Positions 12,751 through 25,250 are shown, counted from the first letter of the stretch. The stretch is 64,000 bases of DNA from Escherichia coli (GCF_003334765.1 NZ_QOWT01000005.1); one strand, 5' to 3'. Notes: a model not told the origin generated them from the letters alone. Made by a program: numbers and translations.

Positions 12751-14358
12751 ATGTATACGCGAAATTTATTATGGCTGGTCAGCCTGGTAAGTGCGGCTCC
12801 TCTCTACGCTGCTGACGTTCCCGCCAACACACCGCTCGCCCCGCAACAAGTCTTTCGTTACAACAATCATAGCGACCCAGGTACGCTCGACCCGCAAAAG
12901 GTGGAGGAGAATACTGCCGCGCAGATTGTGCTGGATCTGTTTGAAGGTCTGGTATGGATGGACGGTGAAGGCCAGGTGCAGCCCGCTCAGGCTGAACGCT
13001 GGGAGATACTGGACGGCGGCAAGCGCTATATTTTCCATCTGCGTAGCGGTTTGCAGTGGTCCGACGGTCAGCCTCTGACGGCAGAGGATTTTGTCCTCGG
13101 CTGGCAGCGCGCGGTTGACCCGAAAACGGCAAGCCCTTTTGCTGGCTATCTGGCACAGGCGCACATTAACAATGCCGCAGCTATTGTTGCGGGTAAAGCA
13201 GATGTTACATCGCTGGGTGTCAAAGCGACGGATGATCGTACTCTTGAAGTTACGCTTGAGCAGCCGGTTCCTTGGTTCACGACGATGCTCGCCTGGCCGA
13301 CGCTGTTCCCGGTTCCTCATCATGTCATCGCTAAACATGGCGATAGCTGGAGTAAGCCAGAGAACATGGTTTACAACGGTGCCTTTGTGCTTGATCAGTG
13401 GGTAGTTAACGAAAAGATTACTGCACGCAAAAATCCAAAGTACCGCGATGCGCAACATACAGTATTGCAACAGGTTGAGTATCTGGCGCTAGATAATTCG
13501 GTCACCGGCTATAACCGCTATCGCGCGGGAGAGGTCGATCTCACCTGGGTTCCGGCGCAGCAAATTCCCGCCATTGAAAAATCACTGCCTGGCGAGCTAC
13601 GAATTATTCCGCGTCTGAACAGCGAATATTACAACTTCAACCTTGAGAAACCGCCATTTAACGATGTGCGAGTGCGTCGGGCGCTATATCTTACGGTTGA
13701 TCGACAGCTTATTGCGCAAAAGGTACTGGGGTTGAGAACGCCCGCAACCACGCTGACGCCGCCAGAGGTAAAAGGCTTTAGCGCGACGACGTTCGATGAA
13801 CTGCAAAAGCCAATGAGTGAGCGCGTCGCGATGGCAAAAGCCTTGCTGAAACAGGCGGGATACGACGCCTCTCATCCGCTACGCTTTGAGCTGTTCTACA
13901 ACAAGTACGATCTGCATGAAAAGACCGCGATAGCGTTGTCTTCCGAATGGAAAAAATGGCTGGGTGCACAGGTGACGCTGCGCACAATGGAGTGGAAAAC
14001 CTATCTTGATGCCCGACGAGCCGGTGATTTCATGCTGTCTCGGCAGTCGTGGGATGCGACGTACAATGATGCTTCCAGCTTCCTGAACACGCTCAAAAGC
14101 GATAGTGAAGAAAACGTCGGTCACTGGAAAAATGCGCAGTATGACGCCTTACTAAACCAGGCCACGCAGATCACTGATGCGACAAAGCGTAATGCGTTAT
14201 ATCAGCAGGCAGAAGTGATCATCAACCAACAGGCACCGCTGATTCCTATCTACTATCAGCCGTTAATCAAACTGCTTAAACCCTACGTTGGCGGTTTTCC
14301 GCTGCATAATCCCCAGGATTATGTCTACAGCAAAGAGTTGTATATCAAGGCACATTGA
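12751..14358 (+). CDS. ygiS: Periplasmic solute-binding protein YgiS (family 5, oligopeptide/dipeptide type)
   Basis: ORF 12688-14358; start chosen at ATG 12751 preceded by AAGGA; signal peptide MYTRNLLWLVSLVSAAPLYA. Confidence 0.85.
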   Translation: MYTRNLLWLVSLVSAAPLYAADVPANTPLAPQQVFRYNNHSDPGTLDPQKVEENTAAQIVLDLFEGLVWMDGEGQVQPAQAERWEILDGGKRYIFHLRSGLQWSDGQPLTAEDFVLGWQRAVDPKTASPFAGYLAQAHINNAAAIVAGKADVTSLGVKATDDRTLEVTLEQPVPWFTTMLAWPTLFPVPHHVIAKHGDSWSKPENMVYNGAFVLDQWVVNEKITARKNPKYRDAQHTVLQQVEYLALDNSVTGYNRYRAGEVDLTWVPAQQIPAIEKSLPGELRIIPRLNSEYYNFNLEKPPFNDVRVRRALYLTVDRQLIAQKVLGLRTPATTLTPPEVKGFSATTFDELQKPMSERVAMAKALLKQAGYDASHPLRFELFYNKYDLHEKTAIALSSEWKKWLGAQVTLRTMEWKTYLDARRAGDFMLSRQSWDATYNDASSFLNTLKSDSEENVGHWKNAQYDALLNQATQITDATKRNALYQQAEVIINQQAPLIPIYYQPLIKLLKPYVGGFPLHNPQDYVYSKELYIKAH

Positions 14359-14495
14359 TGCCTTTATCGCCGTCGGAGCACGTCCGGCGGCGCTATTCAC
14401 GCTGATCTCCTGTGACTCGACGCGGCAGATAATGTAGTATCTCCGGCAATATTGCCCCTTTGAAGGCTGGCGAATAAGTTGAGGAATCAGAATTA

Positions 14496-16754
14496 ATGAG
14501 CGATATGGCAGAGCGCCTTGCGCTACATGAATTTACGGAAAACGCCTACTTAAACTACTCCATGTACGTGATCATGGACCGTGCGTTGCCGTTTATTGGT
14601 GATGGTCTGAAACCTGTTCAGCGCCGCATTGTGTATGCGATGTCTGAACTGGGCCTGAATGCCAGCGCCAAATTTAAAAAATCGGCCCGTACCGTCGGTG
14701 ACGTACTGGGTAAATACCATCCGCACGGCGATAGCGCCTGTTATGAAGCGATGGTCCTGATGGCGCAACCGTTCTCTTACCGTTATCCGCTGGTTGATGG
14801 TCAGGGGAACTGGGGCGCGCCGGACGATCCGAAATCGTTCGCGGCAATGCGTTACACCGAATCCCGGTTGTCGAAATATTCCGAGCTGCTATTGAGCGAG
14901 CTGGGGCAGGGGACGGCTGACTGGGTGCCAAACTTCGACGGCACTTTGCAGGAGCCGAAAATGCTGCCTGCCCGTCTGCCAAACATTTTGCTTAACGGCA
15001 CCACCGGTATTGCCGTCGGCATGGCGACCGATATTCCACCGCATAACCTGCGTGAAGTAGCTCAGGCGGCAATCGCATTAATCGACCAGCCGAAAACCAC
15101 GCTCGATCAGCTGCTGGATATCGTGCAGGGGCCGGATTATCCGACTGAAGCGGAAATTATCACTTCGCGCGCCGAGATCCGTAAAATCTACGAGAACGGA
15201 CGTGGTTCAGTGCGTATGCGCGCGGTGTGGAAGAAAGAAGATGGCGCGGTGGTTATCAGCGCATTGCCGCATCAGGTTTCAGGTGCGCGCGTACTGGAGC
15301 AAATTGCTGCGCAAATGCGCAACAAAAAGCTGCCGATGGTTGACGATCTGCGCGATGAATCTGACCACGAGAACCCGACCCGCCTGGTGATTGTGCCGCG
15401 TTCCAACCGCGTGGATATGGATCAGGTGATGAACCACCTCTTCGCTACCACCGATCTGGAAAAGAGCTATCGTATTAACCTTAATATGATCGGTCTGGAT
15501 GGTCGTCCGGCGGTGAAAAACCTGCTGGAAATCCTCTCCGAATGGCTGGTGTTCCGCCGCGATACCGTGCGCCGCCGACTGAACTATCGTCTGGAGAAAG
15601 TCCTCAAGCGCCTGCATATCCTCGAAGGTTTGCTGGTGGCGTTTCTCAATATCGACGAAGTGATTGAGATCATTCGTAATGAAGATGAACCGAAACCGGC
15701 GCTGATGTCGCGGTTTGGCCTTACGGAAACCCAGGCGGAAGCGATCCTCGAACTGAAACTGCGTCATCTTGCCAAACTGGAAGAGATGAAGATTCGCGGT
15801 GAGCAGAGTGAACTGGAAAAAGAGCGCGACCAGTTGCAGGGCATTTTGGCTTCCGAGCGTAAAATGAATAACCTGCTGAAGAAAGAACTGCAGGCAGACG
15901 CGCAAGCCTACGGTGACGATCGTCGTTCGCCGTTGCAGGAACGCGAAGAAGCGAAAGCGATGAGCGAGCACGACATGCTGCCGTCTGAACCTGTCACCAT
16001 TGTGCTGTCGCAGATGGGCTGGGTACGCAGCGCTAAAGGCCATGATATCGACGCGCCGGGCCTGAATTATAAAGCGGGTGATAGCTTCAAAGCGGCGGTG
16101 AAAGGTAAGAGCAACCAACCGGTAGTGTTTGTTGATTCCACCGGTCGTAGCTATGCCATTGACCCGATTACGCTGCCGTCGGCGCGTGGTCAGGGCGAGC
16201 CGCTCACCGGCAAATTAACGTTGCCGCCTGGGGCGACCGTTGACCATATGCTGATGGAAAGCGACGATCAGAAACTGCTGATGGCTTCCGATGCGGGTTA
16301 CGGTTTCGTCTGCACCTTTAACGATCTGGTGGCGCGTAACCGTGCAGGTAAGGCTTTGATCACTTTACCGGAAAATGCCCATGTTATGCCGCCGGTGGTG
16401 ATTGAAGATGCTTCCGATATGCTGCTGGCAATCACTCAGGCAGGCCGTATGTTGATGTTCCCGGTAAGCGATCTGCCGCAGCTGTCGAAGGGCAAAGGCA
16501 ACAAGATTATCAACATTCCATCGGCAGAAGCCGCACGTGGAGAAGATGGTCTGGCGCAACTGTACGTTCTGCCGCCGCAAAGCACGCTGACCATTCATGT
16601 TGGGAAACGCAAAATTAAACTGCGTCCGGAAGAGCTACAGAAAGTCACTGGCGAACGTGGACGCCGCGGTACGTTGATGCGCGGTTTGCAGCGTATCGAT
16701 CGTGTTGAGATCGACTCTCCTCGCCGTGCCAGCAGCGGTGATAGCGAAGAGTAA
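14496..16754 (+). CDS. parC: DNA topoisomerase IV subunit A
   Basis: 752 aa; GyrA/ParC family with catalytic Tyr region (AAMRYTE). Confidence 0.95.
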
Positions 16755-16795
16755 TATGCCGGGGAGGGCGCTGTTTCCTCCCGCTTGCAAGGAAC

Positions 16796-16825
16796 GCCGG
16801 ATGAAACGTTAAGTCGTCATCCGGC
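16796..16825. repeat. REP-like palindromic hairpin (GCCGGATGA-12 nt-TCATCCGGC) downstream of parC
   Basis: 9-bp perfect inverted repeat with the GCCGGATG core typical of REP/PU elements. Confidence 0.5.
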
Positions 16826-16987
16826 AGCGTATTCAACCCCCGGAAACGATAAAAATTCCCTTGAAACCGTTGTTTATTCATGCGTTGCGATTAACAATAC
16901 GCTTTTCCAGAGAGCGGCTTTTAACAATGCCCTAACCTGATTTCAGGTGACGTACAATGCCAGTCTCTCAGACCTTCAGAGGGTGTT

Positions 16988-17725
16988 ATGCTATATATCT
17001 TTCGTCTTATTATTACCGTGATTTACAGCATCTTAGTCTGTGTATTCGGCTCCATTTACTGCCTTTTCAGCCCGCGTAACCCGAAACATGTGGCCACCTT
17101 TGGGCATATGTTTGGCCGTCTTGCGCCGCTGTTTGGCCTGAAAGTTGAGTGCCGTAAACCTACAGACGCTGAAAGCTACGGCAATGCTATCTATATCGCT
17201 AACCACCAGAACAACTATGACATGGTGACAGCATCGAACATCGTGCAACCGCCGACGGTGACGGTAGGTAAAAAGAGCTTGCTGTGGATCCCCTTCTTCG
17301 GGCAGTTGTACTGGTTAACCGGCAACTTATTGATCGACAGAAACAATCGCACTAAAGCTCACGGCACCATTGCGGAAGTAGTGAATCACTTCAAAAAACG
17401 CCGTATTTCCATCTGGATGTTCCCGGAAGGAACCCGCAGCCGTGGTCGCGGCCTGCTACCGTTCAAGACTGGAGCATTTCACGCGGCAATTGCGGCGGGC
17501 GTCCCGATTATTCCCGTGTGCGTCTCTACAACTTCGAATAAGATTAATCTTAATCGACTGCACAACGGTCTGGTGATTGTCGAAATGCTGCCGCCAATTG
17601 ACGTCAGTCAGTATGGCAAAGATCAGGTTCGTGAGCTGGCTGCCCATTGTCGTTCGATAATGGAACAAAAAATCGCCGAGCTCGATAAAGAAGTCGCAGA
17701 ACGCGAAGCCGCCGGAAAAGTTTAA
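16988..17725 (+). CDS. plsC: 1-acyl-sn-glycerol-3-phosphate acyltransferase
   Basis: 245 aa; HxxxxD acyltransferase motif (ANHQNNYD) and FPEGTRS motif. Confidence 0.9.
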   Translation: MLYIFRLIITVIYSILVCVFGSIYCLFSPRNPKHVATFGHMFGRLAPLFGLKVECRKPTDAESYGNAIYIANHQNNYDMVTASNIVQPPTVTVGKKSLLWIPFFGQLYWLTGNLLIDRNNRTKAHGTIAEVVNHFKKRRISIWMFPEGTRSRGRGLLPFKTGAFHAAIAAGVPIIPVCVSTTSNKINLNRLHNGLVIVEMLPPIDVSQYGKDQVRELAAHCRSIMEQKIAELDKEVAEREAAGKV

Positions 17726-17799
17726 GTCGGCAATCTGTATTTTTGCGGGGAACACTTTCCTGCACGGTATTACTTTAGCCAGTTTTACATGGAGCAAAT

Positions 17800-19212
17800 A
17801 TGTCACTCAGTCGGCGTCAGTTCATTCAGGCATCGGGGATTGCACTTTGTGCAGGCGCTGTTCCCCTGAAGGCCAGCGCAGCCGGGCAACAGCAACCGCT
17901 ACCCGTTCCGCCGCTACTTGAATCTCGCCGTGGGCAACCGCTGTTTATGACTGTACAACGTGCGCACTGGTCATTTACGCCAGGGACACGCGCGTCGGTC
18001 TGGGGAATCAATGGTCGTTACCTGGGGCCGACTATCCGCGTCTGGAAGGGCGACGATGTTAAGCTTATTTACAGCAACCGCCTGACAGAAAATGTCTCAA
18101 TGACGGTGGCCGGGCTACAGGTACCAGGCCCGCTGATGGGCGGTCCGGCACGGATGATGTCGCCAAACGCTGACTGGGCACCCGTACTGCCCATTCGCCA
18201 GAACGCAGCTACTCTGTGGTATCACGCCAATACTCCCAACCGCACGGCTCAGCAGGTCTATAACGGCCTTGCCGGAATGTGGCTGGTGGAAGATGAAGTC
18301 AGCAAGTCGCTGCCTATCCCCAACCATTATGGTGTGGATGATTTTCCGGTCATTATCCAGGATAAACGGCTGGATAACTTTGGTACGCCAGAATACAACG
18401 AACCGGGAAGCGGCGGCTTTGTTGGTGATACGCTGCTGGTTAACGGTGTACAAAGCCCGTACGTTGAAGTCTCGCGTGGCTGGGTGCGCTTGCGACTGCT
18501 GAACGCGTCGAACTCTCGTCGCTATCAACTACAGATGAGCGATGGTCGCCCGTTACATGTGATTTCTGGCGATCAGGGATTCCTGCCTGCTCCTGTATCG
18601 GTGAAGCAACTTTCGCTGGCACCGGGCGAGCGCCGCGAGATTCTGGTGGATATGAGCAACGGCGATGAAGTGTCGATCACCTGTGGCGAAGCGGCGAGCA
18701 TTGTTGATCGTATTCGTGGCTTCTTTGAGCCATCCAGTATTCTGGTTTCTACCCTGGTGCTAACGCTGCGCCCAACCGGCCTTCTGCCGCTGGTCACAGA
18801 CAGTCTTCCGATGCGCTTGCTGCCAACTGAAATCATGGCTGGTTCGCCAATTCGCAGTCGCGATATCAGTCTGGGTGATGACCCGGGTATTAATGGACAG
18901 CTGTGGGACGTCAACCGTATTGATGTCACCGCGCAGCAAGGAACGTGGGAACGCTGGACGGTACGCGCGGACGAGCCGCAAGCGTTCCATATTGAAGGCG
19001 TAATGTTCCAGATCCGTAACGTGAATGGCGCGATGCCGTTCCCGGAAGACAGAGGCTGGAAAGATACCGTTTGGGTTGACGGACAAGTGGAGCTGCTTGT
19101 TTATTTCGGTCAGCCTTCCTGGGCGCACTTCCCGTTCTACTTCAACAGTCAGACGCTGGAAATGGCGGACCGTGGCTCGATTGGGCAACTGTTAGTCAAT
19201 CCGGTACCGTAA
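17800..19212 (+). CDS. ftsP: Cell-division multicopper-oxidase-like protein FtsP (SufI), Tat-exported
   Basis: 470 aa; twin-arginine signal MSLSRRQFIQASGIALCAGA. Confidence 0.9.
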   Translation: MSLSRRQFIQASGIALCAGAVPLKASAAGQQQPLPVPPLLESRRGQPLFMTVQRAHWSFTPGTRASVWGINGRYLGPTIRVWKGDDVKLIYSNRLTENVSMTVAGLQVPGPLMGGPARMMSPNADWAPVLPIRQNAATLWYHANTPNRTAQQVYNGLAGMWLVEDEVSKSLPIPNHYGVDDFPVIIQDKRLDNFGTPEYNEPGSGGFVGDTLLVNGVQSPYVEVSRGWVRLRLLNASNSRRYQLQMSDGRPLHVISGDQGFLPAPVSVKQLSLAPGERREILVDMSNGDEVSITCGEAASIVDRIRGFFEPSSILVSTLVLTLRPTGLLPLVTDSLPMRLLPTEIMAGSPIRSRDISLGDDPGINGQLWDVNRIDVTAQQGTWERWTVRADEPQAFHIEGVMFQIRNVNGAMPFPEDRGWKDTVWVDGQVELLVYFGQPSWAHFPFYFNSQTLEMADRGSIGQLLVNPVP

Positions 19213-19322
19213 TCTTCATACTCGCCCGAGGAGGGCGAGTATGGAATACTTTTCGATTTCTCTTTCGTTCCGGCTTATAATCCCCGGCCTTTGATTATTT
19301 TTTTATCATTTCTGGAAGCAAA

Positions 19323-21542
19323 ATGAGCTCTATCTCCCTGATCCAACCGGATCGCGACCTGTTCTCCTGGCCGCAGTACTGGGCCGCCTGTTTTGGACCG
19401 GCACCGTTTTTGCCGATGTCTCGTGAAGAGATGGATCAACTTGGCTGGGATAGCTGCGACATCATTTTGGTTACTGGCGACGCGTATGTCGATCACCCAA
19501 GCTTCGGGATGGCGATTTGCGGTCGTATGCTGGAAGCACAGGGCTTTCGCGTCGGGATCATCGCCCAGCCAGACTGGAGCAGCAAAGACGATTTCATGCG
19601 TCTGGGTAAACCGAATCTGTTTTTCGGTGTTACTGCTGGCAACATGGATTCGATGATCAACCGTTATACCGCCGATCGCCGTTTACGTCATGACGATGCC
19701 TACACGCCGGATAACGTCGCGGGTAAGCGCCCGGATCGCGCCACACTGGTTTATACCCAGCGTTGTAAAGAGGCGTGGAAAGATGTACCGGTGATCCTCG
19801 GCGGTATTGAGGCTAGTCTGCGCCGTACCGCACATTATGATTACTGGTCCGATACCGTGCGCCGTTCCGTGCTGGTGGATTCGAAAGCCGACATGCTGAT
19901 GTTTGGTAACGGTGAGCGTCCGCTGGTGGAGGTGGCGCACCGTCTGGCGATGGGCGAGCCGATTAGTGAAATCCGCGATGTGCGTAATACCGCGATTATC
20001 GTGAAAGAGGCGCTGCCTGGCTGGAGCGGCGTGGATTCCACCCGTCTTGATACCCCTGGAAAAATCGACCCAATCCCGCATCCGTATGGTGAAGATTTGC
20101 CGTGCGCGGATAACAAACCGGTGGCACCGAAAAAGCAGGAAGCCAAAGCCGTAACCGTGCAGCCACCGCGCCCGAAACCGTGGGAAAAAACCTACGTGTT
20201 GCTGCCTTCTTTCGAGAAAGTGAAGGGCGATAAAGTGCTGTACGCCCATGCTTCGCGTATTCTGCACCACGAAACCAACCCAGGCTGTGCCCGCGCATTG
20301 ATGCAAAAACACGGCGACCGCTATGTGTGGATCAACCCGCCTGCTATTCCGCTTTCTACCGAAGAGATGGACAGCGTTTTTGCGCTGCCATACAAGCGCG
20401 TGCCACATCCGGCCTATGGCAATGCCCGTATTCCGGCTTACGAAATGATCCGTTTTTCGGTCAACATTATGCGTGGCTGCTTTGGCGGCTGCTCTTTCTG
20501 TTCTATCACCGAGCACGAAGGGCGCATTATTCAGAGCCGTTCCGAAGATTCGATCATTAATGAGATCGAAGCGATCCGCGACACCGTTCCAGGTTTTACG
20601 GGCGTGATTTCCGATCTTGGTGGGCCAACTGCCAACATGTATATGTTGCGCTGCAAATCGCCACGCGCTGAACAAACTTGTCGCCGTTTGTCGTGCGTTT
20701 ATCCGGATATTTGTCCGCACATGGACACGAACCACGAACCAACGATCAACCTCTATCGCCGTGCGCGTGATCTGAAAGGCATTAAAAAGATCCTGATTGC
20801 CTCTGGTGTGCGTTATGACATAGCCGTAGAAGATCCGCGCTATATCAAAGAACTGGCGACCCATCACGTCGGCGGTTATCTGAAGATTGCCCCGGAACAT
20901 ACCGAAGAAGGGCCGTTATCGAAGATGATGAAGCCGGGCATGGGCAGCTATGACCGCTTTAAAGAGCTGTTCGATACTTACTCAAAACAGGCAGGTAAAG
21001 AGCAGTATCTGATCCCCTATTTCATCTCCGCGCACCCCGGTACGCGTGATGAAGATATGGTGAATCTGGCGCTGTGGCTGAAAAAGCACCGCTTCCGCCT
21101 CGACCAGGTGCAGAACTTCTATCCGTCGCCGCTGGCGAACTCAACCACCATGTATTACACCGGGAAAAACCCGCTGGCGAAGATTGGTTATAAGAGCGAA
21201 GACGTCTTCGTACCGAAGGGCGACAAACAGCGTCGTTTGCATAAAGCGTTGTTGCGTTACCACGATCCGGCAAACTGGCCGTTAATCCGCCAGGCGCTGG
21301 AAGCGATGGGCAAAAAGCATCTGATTGGCAGCCGTCGCGATTGCTTAGTGCCTGCGCCAACCATTGAAGAGATGCGTGAAGCTCGTCGCCAGAACCGCAA
21401 TACCCGTCCGGCGTTGACGAAACATACGCCGATGGCGACCCAGCGTCAGACGCCTGCTACGGCAAAAAAAGCGTCGTCTACGCAATCTCGTCCGGTGAAT
21501 GCTGGTGCGAAGAAACGGCCTAAAGCGGCGGTTGGACGTTAA
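19323..21542 (+). CDS. ygiQ: Radical SAM protein YgiQ (UPF0313)
   Basis: 739 aa; CxxxCxxC cluster motif (CFGGCSFCS); basic C-terminal tail. Confidence 0.85.
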   Translation: MSSISLIQPDRDLFSWPQYWAACFGPAPFLPMSREEMDQLGWDSCDIILVTGDAYVDHPSFGMAICGRMLEAQGFRVGIIAQPDWSSKDDFMRLGKPNLFFGVTAGNMDSMINRYTADRRLRHDDAYTPDNVAGKRPDRATLVYTQRCKEAWKDVPVILGGIEASLRRTAHYDYWSDTVRRSVLVDSKADMLMFGNGERPLVEVAHRLAMGEPISEIRDVRNTAIIVKEALPGWSGVDSTRLDTPGKIDPIPHPYGEDLPCADNKPVAPKKQEAKAVTVQPPRPKPWEKTYVLLPSFEKVKGDKVLYAHASRILHHETNPGCARALMQKHGDRYVWINPPAIPLSTEEMDSVFALPYKRVPHPAYGNARIPAYEMIRFSVNIMRGCFGGCSFCSITEHEGRIIQSRSEDSIINEIEAIRDTVPGFTGVISDLGGPTANMYMLRCKSPRAEQTCRRLSCVYPDICPHMDTNHEPTINLYRRARDLKGIKKILIASGVRYDIAVEDPRYIKELATHHVGGYLKIAPEHTEEGPLSKMMKPGMGSYDRFKELFDTYSKQAGKEQYLIPYFISAHPGTRDEDMVNLALWLKKHRFRLDQVQNFYPSPLANSTTMYYTGKNPLAKIGYKSEDVFVPKGDKQRRLHKALLRYHDPANWPLIRQALEAMGKKHLIGSRRDCLVPAPTIEEMREARRQNRNTRPALTKHTPMATQRQTPATAKKASSTQSRPVNAGAKKRPKAAVGR

Positions 21543-21547
21543 AAAAT

Positions 21548-21583
21548 ATCCCCGGCAACTGACACGCTACCGGGGATTTTTTT
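21548..21583. terminator. Bidirectional intrinsic terminator between ygiQ and yqhH (ATCCCCGG-loop-CCGGGGAT, flanked by A6 and T7)
   Basis: 8-bp stem with T-run on the plus strand and A-run upstream, read directly. Confidence 0.75.
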
Positions 21584-21584
21584 A

Positions 21585-21842
21585 TCATTCTGCGTACATA
21601 CGCAAGCAGCGCAGGCAATCAAAATAGTCCTGAGCATCAAGACGCGTATTGGCTCTGTTAGCTTCGGATTTGGCAGCATAGATTTGTGGGCGTAGTGCTT
21701 TCATATCCTGCTCAAGCCGGGCGATTTTGGCATTTAATGTTTGCACATTGCTCGCCAGCTGATTGACCTTTTGCTCATTGACGCAGCCACTGAGCAAGCA
21801 GGTTGCCAGAACAACAGCTCCCACGGTGAAAATCGTTTTCAT
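21585..21842 (-). CDS. yqhH: Lpp-like small lipoprotein YqhH
   Basis: 85 aa; lipobox LLSGC; coiled-coil-like body. Confidence 0.8.
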
Positions 21843-21892
21843 ATAGTGTTCCCTTTTATTTATTGTTCCGGCTAATTGTTATTTAATTCAGC

Positions 21893-22819
21893 TCATTGCT
21901 TTAATCTGGCGGCAGTTTTTGCCTCAATCTGCTTAAGTAGGCTGCCGCTGTTCGGGCGGATAAAATCAGCGATTTCCCACTTGCCTTCGCGCCGCTGTAA
22001 AACCAGTTCTTGCTCTTCGTTGTTGCCATTGGTCAGCGTAAAACGAACATGAATGCGGGCGGAATCGGCGGTTTTCTCCAGGACTCGAATTTCATCAACG
22101 CGTGAAAATAGCGACTCTTCGCCAAAACAGATCGGATTGTCGTAAATAAATTGCCGTTCTATTTGCATATCTTCATCGGGATTATTGGCCGTCTTGAAGG
22201 TGGTTTTATAGAAGGCATTAACCGCCTGGCGGTAAGAGTCGGAAACCACCCACGTCCACGGCCAGCTATAATCAGCAATATGTTCAAAGAGTTCGGCAAC
22301 AAAGGCTTCCGGCTGTTCTTTTTGCAACGAAGCTAAAGCGGCCAGCGTTTTTTCATTCTCGCTATTAACTGCTTGTAAGACGCTGCCATGATTGCTGACA
22401 ATATCGTCAATGACCCAACGACCATTTTCCGCCACCATTTTCAGTGTCTGCGTGGTCTTTTCTTTATCATCTTTAAAGATACGAAAGCGCACAACGGCAT
22501 CGGCATGATCGGCGTCAGTTTGGGTTATCGCAACGCTTTCTAGCACCAGATCGCCAAAATCCTGACAATCACAAACCGGATCATAATCCAGCCAGCCAAT
22601 ATTGCCCGGCAGCGTAAGATTGTCGTTCAGGGTAAGCGCCTGTTGAATACGCGCAGAAGTTATCGCCCGCTCTCCGGTTTCACCAAAATAAGGGGCAGTG
22701 GCATCTGATTTATAGTTCTGATAAATATGCCGGACTGTTTGTTCTACGGTCTGTGAGGGGGGCTGTGCGTGTACGGTAAAACTTGCCAGGGCTGCTAAAA
22801 ACAGAAGTATTATTTTCAT
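21893..22819 (-). CDS. yqhG: Periplasmic protein YqhG (DUF3828-like)
   Basis: 308 aa with signal peptide MKIILLFLAALASFTVHA. Confidence 0.8.
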   Translation of the reverse strand: MKIILLFLAALASFTVHAQPPSQTVEQTVRHIYQNYKSDATAPYFGETGERAITSARIQQALTLNDNLTLPGNIGWLDYDPVCDCQDFGDLVLESVAITQTDADHADAVVRFRIFKDDKEKTTQTLKMVAENGRWVIDDIVSNHGSVLQAVNSENEKTLAALASLQKEQPEAFVAELFEHIADYSWPWTWVVSDSYRQAVNAFYKTTFKTANNPDEDMQIERQFIYDNPICFGEESLFSRVDEIRVLEKTADSARIHVRFTLTNGNNEEQELVLQRREGKWEIADFIRPNSGSLLKQIEAKTAARLKQ

Positions 22820-23018
22820 CTGTTTTTCACCTCTCCGTTGCGTTTATCCCGGATATAGATGAGTTGTTCTTTTAAGAGCTTCCGGCTCTGCATGATGATG
22901 TCCTTATATTTGGCATTCCTGAACAAGGAAGAGTAACAACGGGCGGGACGCGAGGGGAATAAATGATTTCTGAAAAGTCCGGTAGCGGAACATTACCGCC
23001 ACCGGGAGAATTTGCATG

Positions 23019-23846
23019 TTAGCCGCCGAACTGGTCAGGATCGGGACCGAGACGCTTGCCCTGATCGAGTTTTGCAATTTCGCCGAGTTCGTCTTTGTCG
23101 AGACGGAAATCCCAGACATCAAAGTTTTCGGCAATACGTGAAGGTGTGACCGATTTCGGGATCACCACCAGGCCGCTATCCAGATGCCAGCGGATAACAA
23201 TCTGCGCCGGGGTTTTGCCGTATTTATCTGCCAGATCGCGAATGACTTTCTGATCGAAAACGCCTTTCCCTCCTTGCGCTAATGGGCTCCAGGATTCGGT
23301 CTGGATTTTGTGTGTCGCGTTCCAGGCGTGTAGCTGGCGTTGTTGCATCAGCGGATGAAGTTCGATCTGGTTTATCACAGGCGTCACGCCAGTTTCATCA
23401 ATCAGGCGTTGCAGGTGATGGATCTGGAAGTTGCACACGCCGATGCTTTTGATTAATCCCTCTTTTTGCAATTCGATCATGCCTTTCCATGCTTCGACAT
23501 AATGGTCGATAGCGGGAACGGGCCAGTGCATTAAGTAGAGGTCGATATAATCAAGCTGGAGTTTTTTCAGGCTGTCGAGCAGGGCTTCGCGGGGGCGCTT
23601 GTGGTCGTCGTTCCACAGCTTAGTGGTGATGAACAGTTCTTCTCTGTTGACTGAGGCATTTTTCAGGGCTTTGCCGACACCTTCTTCGTTCTTGTAGGCC
23701 GCGGCGGTATCAATCGAGCGATAACCCACTTCTAACGCTTTTTGAATGGCGGTGATTACTTCCTCATTACTTGCTTGCCAGACGCCCAGTCCCAGCTGGG
23801 GCATGACATTGCCATCCTGTAGCTTAATAACGGTTGGATTAGCCAT
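23019..23846 (-). CDS. dkgA: Aldo-keto reductase DkgA (2,5-diketo-D-gluconate reductase A)
   Basis: 275 aa; AKR family; downstream of yqhD. Confidence 0.9.
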   Translation of the reverse strand: MANPTVIKLQDGNVMPQLGLGVWQASNEEVITAIQKALEVGYRSIDTAAAYKNEEGVGKALKNASVNREELFITTKLWNDDHKRPREALLDSLKKLQLDYIDLYLMHWPVPAIDHYVEAWKGMIELQKEGLIKSIGVCNFQIHHLQRLIDETGVTPVINQIELHPLMQQRQLHAWNATHKIQTESWSPLAQGGKGVFDQKVIRDLADKYGKTPAQIVIRWHLDSGLVVIPKSVTPSRIAENFDVWDFRLDKDELGEIAKLDQGKRLGPDPDQFGG

Positions 23847-23950
23847 ACGTTCCTCCTTTATATGAACTCACCGGAGCAGGCTCCGGTGAGGTGTTGTGAA
23901 CTTAAGTCTGGACGAAATGCCCGAAAACGAAAGTTTGAGGCGTAAAAAGC

Positions 23951-25114
23951 TTAGCGGGCGGCTTCGTATATACGGCGGCTGACATCCAACGTAATGTCAT
24001 GATTTTCGCCCAGTTGGGTCATGCCGTGCTCTTCCAGTTTTTTCAGCAAAGCCGGGATGGAGCTGCCGTCCAGACCGTAGTCGGAGAGGTGGGTCGGCAC
24101 GCCTAATTGCTCAAAGAAATTGCGGGTTGCGGCAATCGCGGCGTCAATACGCTCATCATCGGAACCTTCAGTGATGTTCCAGACGCGTTCAGCATATTGC
24201 AGCAGCTTAGCGCGCTTGGTATCGCGTTTTTCATTCCACAGTGCAGGCAGGACGATAGCCAGTGTTTGCGCGTGATCCAGACCGTGCATCGCAGTCAGTT
24301 CGTGGCCCAGCATATGCGTTGCCCAGTCCTGCGGTACGCCAGCGCCAATCAAACCGTTCAGCGCCTGAGTCGCCGCCCACATGACGTTGGCGCGCACATC
24401 GTAGTTTTCTGGCTCTTTCAGGGCTTTCGGACCATCTTCGATTAGCGTCAGCAAAATGCCTTCTGCGAAACGGTCCTGAATTTTGGCATCAACCGGTTTG
24501 GTAACATACTGTTCCACGGTGTGTACAAAGGCGTCCACTACGCCGTTAGCCACCTGACGCGGCGGCAGGGTGTAGGTATAAACCGGATCGAGCACGGCAA
24601 ATACCGGCTGAACATGGGCAGAATGGAACGCCTGCTTGTCGCCTGTGGTTTTACGGGAGATCACCGCGCCTGCGTTGGATTCTGAACCGGTTGCTGGCAG
24701 CGTCAGCACACAGCCCATCGGGATGGCGCTTTTAATCTCTTTACCGCCCGTTTGCAGAATGTGCCACGGATCGATATTTTCCGGATAGTTAGCCGCTGCG
24801 GCGATAAATTTGGTGCCGTCCAGTACAGAACCGCCGCCAACCGCCAGCAGGAAAGTCACTTTCTGTTCGCGAACCAGTTTCACGGCGTTCATCAGCGTTT
24901 CATAAGCCGGGTTTGGCTCAATACCGCCAAATTCCAGCACGTCCATGCCTTTCAGGGCATCCAGAACTTGATCGAGAACGCCGGTTTTTTTCACGCTGCC
25001 GCCGCCGTAGGTAATCAATACGCGAGCATCGTGAGGAATTTGTTCGCGTAAACCAGCGATTGCGCCTTTACCAAACAGAATGCGGGTTGGGGTGTGCAGA
25101 TTAAAGTTGTTCAT
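23951..25114 (-). CDS. yqhD: NADPH-dependent aldehyde reductase YqhD (iron-containing alcohol dehydrogenase family)
   Basis: ORF 23951-25138; start chosen at [17 protein letters not shown]... (387 aa). Confidence 0.9.
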   Translation of the reverse strand: MNNFNLHTPTRILFGKGAIAGLREQIPHDARVLITYGGGSVKKTGVLDQVLDALKGMDVLEFGGIEPNPAYETLMNAVKLVREQKVTFLLAVGGGSVLDGTKFIAAAANYPENIDPWHILQTGGKEIKSAIPMGCVLTLPATGSESNAGAVISRKTTGDKQAFHSAHVQPVFAVLDPVYTYTLPPRQVANGVVDAFVHTVEQYVTKPVDAKIQDRFAEGILLTLIEDGPKALKEPENYDVRANVMWAATQALNGLIGAGVPQDWATHMLGHELTAMHGLDHAQTLAIVLPALWNEKRDTKRAKLLQYAERVWNITEGSDDERIDAAIAATRNFFEQLGVPTHLSDYGLDGSSIPALLKKLEEHGMTQLGENHDITLDVSRRIYEAAR

Positions 25115-25250
25115 TACTTGCTCCCTTTGCTGGGCCAATATGAGGGCAGAGAACGATCTGCCTGATGTTTTTCATTGTGATCGCCAGCGCCCTGGCTCTC
25201 AATGCTCATTTCTGCCAATGTCTTGCCTATTTCTCCAGAGTGCTGGAGAA

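Noticed and set aside
12769-13470. 233 aa antisense ORF (and other overlapping frames) inside ygiS
   Set aside because: Shadow ORFs; the plus-strand frame has a signal peptide and solute-binding-protein features.
15279-16118. 279 aa antisense ORF inside parC
   Set aside because: Shadow ORF; the protein is Arg/His/Phe-rich low-complexity sequence.
19683-20900. 405 aa antisense ORF inside ygiQ
   Set aside because: Shadow ORF opposite a conserved radical SAM gene; no motifs.
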